NCBI GenBank assembly: GCA_000388065.2
Contig: KB932202.1
DNA length: 64,000 nucleotides
Source: Fonticula alba ATCC 38817
Lineage: Eukaryota > Protista > Nucleariida
Strand: one strand, 5' to 3'
The notes beneath the pieces are model-generated. The model saw nothing but the letters and a program-made list of their open reading frames with translations, did no database searches and was not told where the DNA came from. Positions within the stretch are counted from its first letter, which is position 1; each line of letters begins with the position of its first letter. Of the stretch, positions 1 to 10,393 are shown piece after piece. A program made the translations under genes and the position numbers.

Positions 1-27
1 GGCGGTCTGTGGCCCGGCATCTTGGAG

Positions 28-29
<2 letters not shown>

Positions 30-68
<39 letters not shown>
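30..68. repeat. (TG)n microsatellite, intronic
   Basis: Perfect TG run read directly. Confidence 0.95.
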
Positions 69-71
<3 letters not shown>

Positions 72-239
72 AGGCACGCATGCAAGTATGGATGGGTGTG
101 CATCCTGGGATATATGCACATGTGTGAAGGAACAAATGCGTCGGAGGGGGAGCGAAGAGAGGCGGCGCGGTTTGAAGAAAAAATGGCCAGGATGGTGGGG
201 GCGGAGGAGAAAAAAAAAGAGCACGGGCATGACACATAC

Positions 240-868
240 GGCCTTTTTGACCTCGGGCGGAAAGGCCGAGCGGGTGGGATCCGCGGCGTCTCCCCAGCGG
301 GCTGACGCCTGGCGGAGCTCCTCCAGCAACGCAAGCTGGCTGGATCTGAGGGGGGGGGGGAGAGGGTCAGCATGTTGACAGGAGGCGGGGAAAGAGCCGG
401 CCCAGGACGCCGCCGCGGCCACCTTCGGTGTGGGATACGTCGGCCCCAAGGAGGGACAGAGGGGAGGCCAGGGGGGGGGGGGACGCACTCAAGTTCGGAG
501 ATCATGGATGAGGCGTCACGAATCAGCGGGAACACTTGGGACACCAGCAGCTCCGGCATGGTTGTGGGCAGGGGGACCGCCGGAGGCGCAGGCTGAGGAG
601 CAACCGCGAGCGCAGCCGCCGGATCGGGCAGCGCCTGGCCATCGGGCGCATGCTGCGCCGGCGAGGACGACGAGCTGGTCTCCGGGGCAGCATCATCGGC
701 GGGATCCCCTTGCACTGGCGGGTCGCCAGTCAGGCGGTCTTGCCCGCCGGCAGGGCTCGAGGCGGCCAGCAGGGTGGAGCTCTCGTCTCCGGGCAGGGCC
801 GATGAGGGAAGCTGCTCGGCGTCGGCCTCACCCTTGAGGATCCTCTTGCGGCCAGTACGCTTGGACAT
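240..868 (-). CDS. Putative BLOC-1 subunit, pallidin/snapin family (partial; 3' end runs toward or beyond the window start)
   Basis: Manual translation: exon 868-489 (MSKRTGRKRILK...TMPELLVSQVFPLIRDASSMISELE), intron GTGCGT...CAG, exon 345-240 (SSQLALLEELRQASARW...AFPPEVKKA), then a GTATGT donor. Phases match. The LVSQVFPLIRDASSMISELESSQLALLEELRQ segment resembles the pallidin/snapin coiled coil as I recall it; no search was run. Not in the ORF track. Confidence 0.5.
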
Positions 869-1036
869 CTGGAGCTGTGATAACAGGGGCAGTGGAGGGC
901 GACCGGGGAGGGGGAGGGGGGACGAGGAGAAGGAGAAAAGGGCTGGAGGCAGAGAGAAGCCGAGAAAGAGGGAAAGAGGGGAGGAAGCCGCAGGTCTGAC
1001 TTGCCTCCGTCTCCCGGCGGCAGGTCCGCCCGACAA

Positions 1037-1045
1037 GCCAATCGA
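1037..1045 (+). promoter_or_regulatory. Candidate CCAAT box (GCCAATCGA) between the divergent pallidin-like and SLC25A38 genes
   Basis: Matches the NF-Y core RRCCAATSR. The same 9-mer recurs at 59193-59201, upstream of the kinase. Confidence 0.3.
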
Positions 1046-1656
1046 AAAACCGCGCCCCATCCCCGATGATCGGCCTTGCCCTGTCCCATCGACGCTGGCT
1101 CCGGAACGCTGGGCATGCCCTCCCCCCCCNNNNNNNNNNNNNNNNNNNNNNNNNNNNNNNNNNNNNNNNNNNNNNNNNNNNNNNNNNNNNNNNNNNNNNN
1201 NNNNNNNNNNNNNNNNNNNNNNNNNNNNNNNNNNNNNNNNNNNNNNNNNNNNNNNNNNNNNNNNNNNNNNNNNNNNNNNNNNNNNNNNNNNNNNNNNNNN
1301 NNNNNNNNCCCCCCCGCCCGGTTCTCCCGTCCCCGCGGTTCCCTGCCCCGGACTTGAACCATGGCCGGCAAGGCGCGCGCACGGCCCCCGGCACACCCGG
1401 GCCCGGCGCATCCGGCACGGGCTCCGGCGCGGGCTGCCAACGATTCGCGTTGATTCTGCCGCCCAACATGTGCCGGGCAGGCCCCAGGCGTAGGTCCCAT
1501 TTCGGCAGCCAGATCGCCGCACCCTCGCGGGCCCGGGGCGCGGGTCTCTGCCAGACAAAGCCCCTCGGCCGCTGCTCGGCCGCCACCACTTCCGTCACTG
1601 CCCTCTCCTGCCTTTTTTTTTTTCGCCCCTCTCCCTCGAACCTCCCTTCCCTCCTC

Positions 1657-1659
<3 letters not shown>

Positions 1660-1702
<43 letters not shown>
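1660..1702 (+). repeat. (GCC)n trinucleotide repeat just upstream of the SLC25A38 ATG
   Basis: About 14 GCC units read directly, in the probable 5' UTR. Confidence 0.9.
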
Positions 1703-1705
<3 letters not shown>

Positions 1706-1728
1706 TTGCCCTTCCCCGGCGCACATCC

Positions 1729-3262
1729 ATGAGTGTCGCCCCGAGCGGCCCGGCCACAGACACCGGATCTCATGCCCGGCAAACCCTGGCGGCGCTGGTG
1801 TCCGGCGGCGCCGCGTCGCTGGTCTCATGCCTGCTCTTCCAGCCTCTGGACTTGCTGAAAACCCGCCTGCAGCAGCCGGTCCCCGGGGCGCTGTCGCCCC
1901 GGCCGGGCAATGCGCCGGCCGGTGCTTCGGCCATGGCAGCCAGCGGGCCCCGGCCGCCGAGCAGCATCTCCCAGGTGTCGAGGGAGATCCTGCGAACGCA
2001 CGGGCCGGCCGGGTTCTGGCGCGGCTCGCTGGCCACGGTGTTGCGCACGGTCCCCGGGTCGGCGCTCTACTTCGGGGCTCTGCGATTGGGCCGCAGCCGG
2101 CTGGACGCCCTGGCGGCCGGGGCACTGCAGCCGGCGTGCAGTGCATGCCTGGCAGCCGACGCCCCGGCGACCGGGGGCCTGGCCAGATCACGGCGCAGCT
2201 GGCCAGCCACCCAGCAAGGCGCCGCGTGTGTCCTCTGCACGCGGCCCGTGGGACCCGGGGCACTGAGTGTCTTCCTGCCGGAGGGGGCCCTCTCGGATGT
2301 GCTTCTCCGGAGTTCTCAGCAGGAGCTTGACCTGGCTTTGGCATTTGCGGCGCGATCCACCATCGCCGGGCTCCTGAATCCGGTGTCCGTGGTGAAAGCG
2401 CGTTTCGAGGTATGCCCGGGTGCTGTCGGGCGCGGGTTCCCCGCCGGCCCACCTTCCCGCCCGTGATCCTGTCCTGCTTCGCCCCCCCCCCTTTGCCTTG
2501 CACCTCTCCTTCTCTCATCGCCCCCCTCAATCCGCCTTCTTGGTCCTCCTCACTCACTCCATGGCGGGTCAGAGCAACTACTATGCATATCGGTCGCTCG
2601 GGGAGGCGATGCGGGCATTGCTGGCCTCCGAGGGCCCGCGCGGGTGGCTGCGTGGACTCGGGGCCACGGTTGCACGCGATGCCCCATACAGTGCCCTGTA
2701 CTACTCGACGTACCGCTCCCTGCAGGGGGCCAGCCAGCATGCGCTTGCCGCGCGCGATGGTACGCCGGATCACACTCGCTTCTCGGGCCTCGGGGTCTGT
2801 CCGGCCAATGGTGCTAATCGCCCTGGCCCTCTTCCCCCCTCCCCTCCCTCTCCCTCTCTCTCCTTGTCTGCTTGGGATGCAGTGGATATCCCAGCACCGG
2901 TGCGGAACTTCGCGTGCGGCGTGGCAGCCGGTGCGCTGGCCACGGCCTTGACACACCCCTTTGACGTGGTGAAGACGCGCGCGCAGCTGGCCCCGGGGGC
3001 CTATCCCAACTCCCTGCGCGCGCTGCTATCGTTGGCCACGGCGCCGGACATGGGGTTCCTGGAGGTGGGGCGCGCAGCGGCCGGGCGGCTGGGCCTGCCC
3101 GGCTCGGTGTCCGGGCCGGCGGCGCAGGCGTACGCCATCTGTCGGACGGCATTCTCCGGGCTGGCCCCGCGCTTGGCTCGAAAGAGCCTGCAAACGGCCC
3201 TCACCTGGACCCTGTTCGAGGAGATCACTCGGCTGGTGAACCGGCTGGCGGCCTCCTCCTGA
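1729..3262 (+). CDS. SLC25A38: Mitochondrial carrier, glycine transporter SLC25A38/Hem25-like
   Basis: Carrier signatures PLDLLKTRLQ, PVSVVKARFE and PFDVVKTRAQ. Family-typical segments TVLRTVPGSALYF, RFE|SNYYAYRSLGEA, GLGATVARDAPYSALY and SGLAPRLARKSLQTALTWTLFEEI. Exons 1729-2409 and 2573-3262, with a probable in-frame 72-nt intron at 2811-2882. Confidence 0.9.
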
Positions 3263-5772
3263 GGATGCTGGCGACCCCTGGGCCTCTGTCCTCCTCACCC
3301 GGTGCTGGTGCCTGGATTGAGAGCAGCAGCAGCAACGAGGGAGATGGAACGCGGCAGAAGGACGCGCGGCCGTGACTGCACAATAGATTGTTAGATTTTT
3401 CGGGGGTCGTGTTTTTTGGTGATGGTGTTTTTTTTTTCCCCCTCGTGGAAGTCTCGCGGCGTGCAAGCACGTTCTTGCCGGCCGCCGGGGGGGGGTACGT
3501 ACGGCGAAGTGGTCTCGGGCGGGGGGTGCTGGTGATCGGGGGCTATCGAGATCTGCAATGAAAGCACTGCGGCTAAGTGCGGCAGGGCCGGCGGGGNNNN
3601 NNNNNNNNNNNNNNNNNNNNNNNNNNNNNNNNNNNNNNNNNNNNNNNNNNNNNNNNNNNNNNNNNNNNNNNNNNNNNNNNNNNNNNNNNNNNNNNNNNNN
3701 NNNNNNNNNNNNNNNNNNNNNNNNNNNNNNNNNNNNNNNNNNNNNNNNNNNNNNNNNNNNNNNNNNNNNNNNNNNNNNNNNNNNNNNNNNNNNNNNNNNN
3801 NNNNNNNNNNNNNNNNNNNNNNNNNNNNNNNNNNNNNNNNNNNNNNNNNNNNNNNNNNNNNNNNNNNNNNNNNNNNNNNNNNNNNNNNNNNNNNNNNNNN
3901 NNNNNNNNNNNNNNNNNNNNNNNNNNNNNNNNNNNNNNNNNNNNNNNNNNNNNNNNNNNNNNNNNNNNNNNNNNNNNNNNNNNNNNGGGGGGGGCACTCC
4001 CAGTAACGGGAGACACCTCCTTGTCGTGTGTATTCCCGGTGTTGTTGGCAAGAATGTCGGGCCCGGGCGGCGGCGGCGGCGGCGGCGCCGATCGGGTTCC
4101 GCGCGGAAATGCTCCAAACAGAATGTGTCACTTTCGGCGTCGCCGTGTGTTGCCTGGCCCGGGGGGGGGGGGTGCATGTGGGCAGGAGGCGGCCGCTCGC
4201 GCTCTCTCGGCTCGGTCGGTCGCGCGTGCGTGCGCGCGCCGGTCCACCTCTTTCGCGAACACACCTGCCCCCGGGGGACGCCCGCCGGGCCGGGGGTGTG
4301 CGGCCGACACCGGGCGCCCGGGTGGCGGCTGTGCACGGGCGCGGAGGGGGGGGGGAGATTTGTATGGCGCTCCCGGTCGCCGCGCCCTTGGGCGGAGAAA
4401 ACAGCAGCCCGACTCTGGTCGCTTGGCCGCCCAGAGCAGCCCTGGGGGGGCAGGGGGCGATCTCCCCCGGCTCCTGAACTGGCCGTGCCTCGGCCGGACG
4501 CCGGGACGGCGGCGGGGGCGGGACATGCTTTTCGGTCTGTCCCCGCCCGGCAGACGGGGAAACCGCTGGACGCGACATTTGTCGTGTTCACGCGCAGCAG
4601 CGGGGCCGCCTTCGTCCCTGCCTGCCCTTCGGCCTGGGGGTCCTGGTTCTCTCTCTCGCCAGCTCGGTCGGCGGGGCTAGCTCCGAGGGTGGCTCACCGG
4701 GCGAGCCCGCGCCGGCCGGTCGGCCTGCCGCGCATTGTCCCCGGGCGTGGGCGAAAGAATGCGAGGCATGAGCGCGCGCGCGCGCGCGCGCCCGCTGGCC
4801 CGCCGGCCTGTCTTACCCTTCTGTCCCTCGGCCTGCTCCGCCCCCTGGGACTTGGGTGGGCGGGCGTGAACAACGCGTTTGTGGGCCTGGCGGCACCTCG
4901 GGGACCTGCCGATGGGGGGAAGAGGGCCGGGTGGGGTTGACAACCGCCACCCGGCCGGGGGGGGGGGAAGGGGGGCGAGGGCACGGACCGCAGCGCCCCC
5001 TAGTCGCCCCGACCCCCGGCACGCAGGGGCCTGGAGGTGGTTGAGGACCGCGGGCGGCCACGCACCGGGCCGGAGAGCTGGCACCAGCGCCCCGGAAAGG
5101 GCGCGGACTCCCCGGGTCCGACCGGGGCAGGGCACAGCTGGCAGCACCATCGCCGCTGCCGGCACTGGCCGTCGTCCTTGCTGCCCCCCCACCCTCGGGG
5201 AGGCAGGGGCGGGGGGGGGGGCGGGGGGGGTGCCAGAGTACGCCACCCGCGGCCCTGTGGCCAAAGGGCGTGCATTCTCCACCCCCCCCCCCCCCCCCCC
5301 CCTGGCCGGGGGGCTGTACAGCCGCCGGGAATGGATGGGCCTTCGCCGAAGCGCGCGGGCTGGTTGGCGCGCCGCAGCGGCGAGCCACACCATCGCGCTG
5401 GCAGCCCCCATCACCCCGGGCCCCGGGGAGCGGCCGGCCGGCGTCGGTGCGCCCCGCCACCCGGCGGGCACATTCAAAGCGCCTGAGGCTGATCGCCGGC
5501 CGGCCGTTCGCCGACGCCGCGGCACTGCTTTTCTCCCCGTTCCCCCCTCCCCTCCTCTCTTCCCCGCCCCCCCCCCCCCTCCGCCGCACCTGCACCCGCA
5601 TCCTTTCCCCCCGCTCGCCGCTCGCCTGCGCCGGCCCTGACCGCGCCCCGCGATCCCTGGGGGCCAACACCCGCCTCCCGGCGCCGCACGCCCCCTCCCC
5701 CCTCCCATCCTTCTCTCCCCCTCGGGCGGTAGCGTGTGAGCGCGAGCGCGTGTGTCTGTATCTGTATCTCTG

Positions 5773-5804
<32 letters not shown>

Positions 5805-6073
5805 CGTGCGTGCGTGCGTGAGTGTGTGGGTGTAGTTTGTGAGCGCGCATGTGTTCACGCACTGCCTGTGTGTCTCCCCGCCCTCCGCCCCACTCCCCGG
5901 CTGTCCTGCCGCCGGCGCCACACGTTGACTCCCGGCTCTCCGGCCCTCAGTCAGCCCCCCCCCCCCTCTCTCTCTCTCTCTTTCCACCTCCACCCCCCAT
6001 CTCTCGCCCCTTGCTTGTCCATCCCCCCGCCCCCCACCTCGCCCGGCCGCCTTCTCTCCCTGCCTGAGGCAAC

Positions 6074-9000
6074 ATGACCGACGACGTTGAGGACTGGAAT
6101 GCCTCCTTCGTTTTCGGTGGGGAGGCTGATGGGCTTGCCCTTGGTGGCGGCGCCGGCCGTGGGGGTCTCCGGCCGGTGGCCGCCGTCGCCGCCGATGCTC
6201 CCATCGCTGTCGGTCCGGCCTCCCTGACTCGGGCCCCGGCCACCGCCGCGGCGTCCTCCCTGCTGGACCGCTTCGCCGAGGAGGACAGTGACGGCTCCAA
6301 TTGGGACGAGGCCTTTGACTCCGGCAGCGGGACCGTGTCGCCGGCCCTCGGGCCGACGCCCGCCGGGGCCGCCCTCGCCAGTGCCCCGGCCACGCCCGGC
6401 CCGGCCGCGACCCCGATCCCGGCTCCCTCCCCCACGCCGGTCACCATCACGCCGCGGCTCCAACGGACCGGGACCATTGTGCGCACGTCGCGCGGGGCCG
6501 GGGCCCGCGCGGCCAGCGCCCCGGCCACCAGCCCCTCCCCGGCCGAGGCGTCGCAGCCCTCCGGCGATGGGCTGTCTTCCAGCTCCAGCAGCTGGTCCTT
6601 GACATCGTCCTCGGCCTCGGACGGGGACTTCTCGGCGTCCGGGACCGAGACCGAGACCGAGGCCGATCCCTGGGCCGGCACGGCGCCGGGTCCGGTGTCG
6701 GTGCCCGTCTCGGCTGCGGCCCCGGTGCGGCCCTTCGGCGGGGACCTCCTGCCGGCCAGCCCGCCGGCGGCGCAGGTCCTGCGTGCGGCCGTGACCGCGG
6801 CGGCCACCGCCACCGCCACCGGCGGCGGCGGCACAGCCACCCCCCGCCCGCGCACCCCCATCCAATCGCCGTCGAGCCTGCTGCCCGCGCTGGCCGGCGG
6901 CTCGGGGGCCGCCCCCCCGGTCCTGGTCGGCCGGGCGTCCAATCCGAATGACCTCCAGTCTTGGGATGACGATTTTGACTTCGACTCGCCTGCCTCCACC
7001 GGGGGGGGCTTCGCCCTGCCGGCCTTTTCCGGCAGCAGGTCCGGCGCCTCGACCGGCGGCGGGCTGACCCCCTCGCGCAGCACGACCAGCGTGCGCGCCG
7101 CACGCGGGCCCACCCGCCGGTCGGGCCCCGGCCATGGCCGCACCCAGTCCACCTACCACGCCACCCCGGACCAGCACGCCCCGGCGGCCGGCCTGCCGGG
7201 GTTCCACCTGGCCGGGGCCACCAACTCCCCGGCTGCTGGCTCGCCATCCCTCAGCCGACGGTCCACCAGTGCGTCTGTCGCGTGCCTCCTCTCGGGCCGA
7301 TGCCCCTACCGCCATCTCCCTGGCCACTTTGTCCTGCTTAAGCGGGCTCTTGCTCACCTTCTCGGCTCGTTTGTTTCGCTTTGCTTTGTGCCGGCTCGCT
7401 TCCCCCCCCCCCCCCCCTCCTCCCTTGGCGCCCGGTGTCCGGTGGCTGTGCCCGCCCCTTGCCCGCCGACGACCACTTTGTGACAGCATCTGCCGCCGGC
7501 GGGGCTCTTCCCCCTCCGTTGGCTTTCATCCGGCACTCGGTGTTGGCCGGTGACGGGTTCAATGTTCCCGGCCTGGGGGCCGAGTCGACGGCCCTCCCCC
7601 CGGCGGCCCTGGCCACCGACATCAGCGACAGCGGCCAGTCATCGCTCTGGGGCTCGACCTCGGCTTCCTCCCTGTCGGCCGGCAACAGCAGCGGCCTGAG
7701 TGCCGAGTCTTGCTCCTCGCTGGCATCCCTGTCGCCGGCTTCCGGCGGGGATTCCGAAAGCCACTCGGACTGGGCCTCCGGCGGGGGGCTGACCATGCGC
7801 CTGGGCGATGGAAATGCCAGCCTGTCGGACGATGCGTTCTTCGATTCGGACGATGCGGCGCCGGCTGGCGGCTTGCGCTTGGCCCTGCCGATGGCCGGGC
7901 CCAAGGCACCCGCACCGCGGGCCTCTGTCCTGGATGACTTTGCCGAGTCCGAGGATGGCGATGATGATTTCGCCGGGAGCTTTGCCACTGGCTCCGGCGG
8001 CGGTCCGTTTGGCGGGCTGTCGCTCGGCCTCGGCGCCGGCGCCGGCGCCGGCGATGACAATGCCCTCGATGATCTGGACGACTTCGATGAGGATTGGGAT
8101 GCGGAGATCGCGGCCAAAGAGCGCGGTGCCGGGGGCCTCACACTGCCCGGGTCCGGCACCGCCGGAGCCGGGCGCGGCTCGCTGGCCGATTTCCAGGAGG
8201 ACGATGACGACTTCGAGGTACGTCGGCCCTTGCTCCCTCCCCTTTTTCCTGTGCTCCGCCCCTCCTCTGCGTATCTGTTATCTGTCTTGCTCTCTTTCTC
8301 TCTTTCTCTCTTGCTCTCTTGCTCTCTTGCTCCCTTGCTCCCTTGCTCTCTTGCTCTCTTGCTCTCTCCCTCTCTCCCTCCCTCTCTCTCTCTTTCTCGC
8401 GACCGCCAAGGCTGTTGCTGACACTCCGGCCTTCCTCCCTCCTGCTTGCCTCCAGGACTGGGATGCTGAGTTGGGCATTTCCTCCGGCCCAGCAGCCTCC
8501 TCTGCCTCCGGTCCATCGGCCGTCAATGCCACCCTCTCGGCCTTGCGGAACGTCCTCTTTCAGTCGGACGTCTCGTCTTTCGCGCCGGTTCAGGAGCGCG
8601 AGGACTCGGTCCCCGCACGGCACACGGTTCCTCGCGGGCCGGACGGCCGGCCACAGGCAGCCGGCGTGGCGGCCGGCGCGGCTGGCACATACGTGCGCAA
8701 TGACATCACCGGGACCTCGATGCTGGTGGCCAAGTTCCCCCGGCCCTCGCAGTTTGTCGACCGGGTCCTCAGGCCGCAGCGCGCCGGGGTCGTGGTCAAT
8801 GAGCATGGCCTGACCGGGTTCCTGTCATCCCTGTCGGCCGAGCCCGGGGCCGCGGCGGCAGCCTCCTCCTCGGGTTCCACCGGCGACGGCCCGGCCGCGG
8901 CGGCCCCCGGGCCGCTGACCCTTGACGCATTGATCCAAGCCCTGTGCGCGGTGACCAGCGACAATTCGCAAGATGCCTGGGGCGGGTTCGGCCTCGGGGT

Positions 9001-10354
9001 GGGCCAGTCTTCGGCCCCGGCGGCTGGCGGGGTCCTGGCGCGCGCGGTCCATGCCCTGCCCCAGTCGCTGGATCTCCTGTCGGAGGCGGTTCTGCATGCA
9101 TCCTCCGGCCTGCACCCGTCGGTGCCGCGTCTTCTTCGCCGGCATCTGTTTGGCTCGGCCGAGGCGGAGCGCATTGCGGCGGCCACACAGCCACGCGCGG
9201 CTGCCCAAAGTGTCAGCCGGTCGCGCTCGGAGTCGCTGCTCTCTGCCGGGAGTGCTCCCGTGTCGGGAGCGGGTGCGGCCCCGGCCCCGGCCCCGGCCCC
9301 GGCCCCGGCCGCCGTGTCAACCGGGCGCTCGGCCTCCATGTCCACCGGGGTCTCGGCCTCGGCCTCGGCCTCGCAGTCGTCCCTCTCCTCCGGGTCCTCC
9401 TCCTCCTCCTCTCCGGCGCCTTCCAGCTTGGCTGGGCTTTCCTCGAAGTTGTCGCTATCGAATCCGGCTCTGTCGGCACGGTCGCCGACGGGTCCTACCG
9501 GTCGGCGTCCCTCCGGCGGCGATGCCTCCCCCTCGTCCTCGACATTGTCCTTCTCCGAGGGCGGGGGCGGCGGGGCGGCCCCCCCGTCGGGCGGTCTGAT
9601 GGGCGCCCTGTCGACGCCGGCCTCGCAGCGTGTTCTCCTTGGCCACCCGGCCTTCGGAGTGTGGCTCGGCTGGCACCTGGCCTCGGCGGTGGCCCTGCAG
9701 GCCTTGTCCATCGAAGCGGCCGGCGGCGAGACGCTCCAGCCGATTCCCACCTCCTCCGGGCGCGGGGTGCGCCCGGTGTCCGTCATTTCCACGGCCTCCG
9801 GGGGTCCGGGCGGGTCTGGGGCCCTGGCCGGTCTCCTGGCCCCGTCAACCAGCAGCGGCAAGCTTGTGGACACCGGCATGCTGCCGCCGACCTTCATCCT
9901 GCTGGAGCGGGTGCGTGCTCCCTCTCTTCGCCCTCGTCTCTGTCCCCCTTTCTTCCCCTGGGTCTTGCCACTCGCGTCTGTCGGCACACGGGAGAAGGAG
10001 GGAGGGGGGGGGTCAAGCGAAAGGGGGCTCCCCGGGGTGGCCTTCGATGTCCCTCTATCCGCCCTTGTGTCTGCCTTCATCTCTCTCCCTCCCTCTCCCT
10101 CCCTCTCCGTCCCTCTCTGCCGTCACCTTGCTCCTTCACTGCTAGCCATCTGACACCTGCTTCCCGGCCCCTGCCGGGCCACCGCGCGCGGCCATGTGGT
10201 GTAGTTTTTGCACACGCTATGCGCCTGTCTGGCCACATGTGCCTCCGGCCGCGATCCCGAGGACGATCCGGTGGCCATCGTGCTGCTGGAGCGCTCGGTC
10301 CGGGACATCGTGGACGCCCTAGCAACGGTGGCTGCATCGGCGGCAGCGACCTCG

Positions 10355-10393
<39 letters not shown>

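Noticed and set aside
6074-8480. Assigning the giant protein to fungal septation-network proteins (Byr4 or Cdc7-like) from WDDDF-type motifs
   Set aside because: There is no kinase domain or other supporting similarity, and the motif alone is too short.
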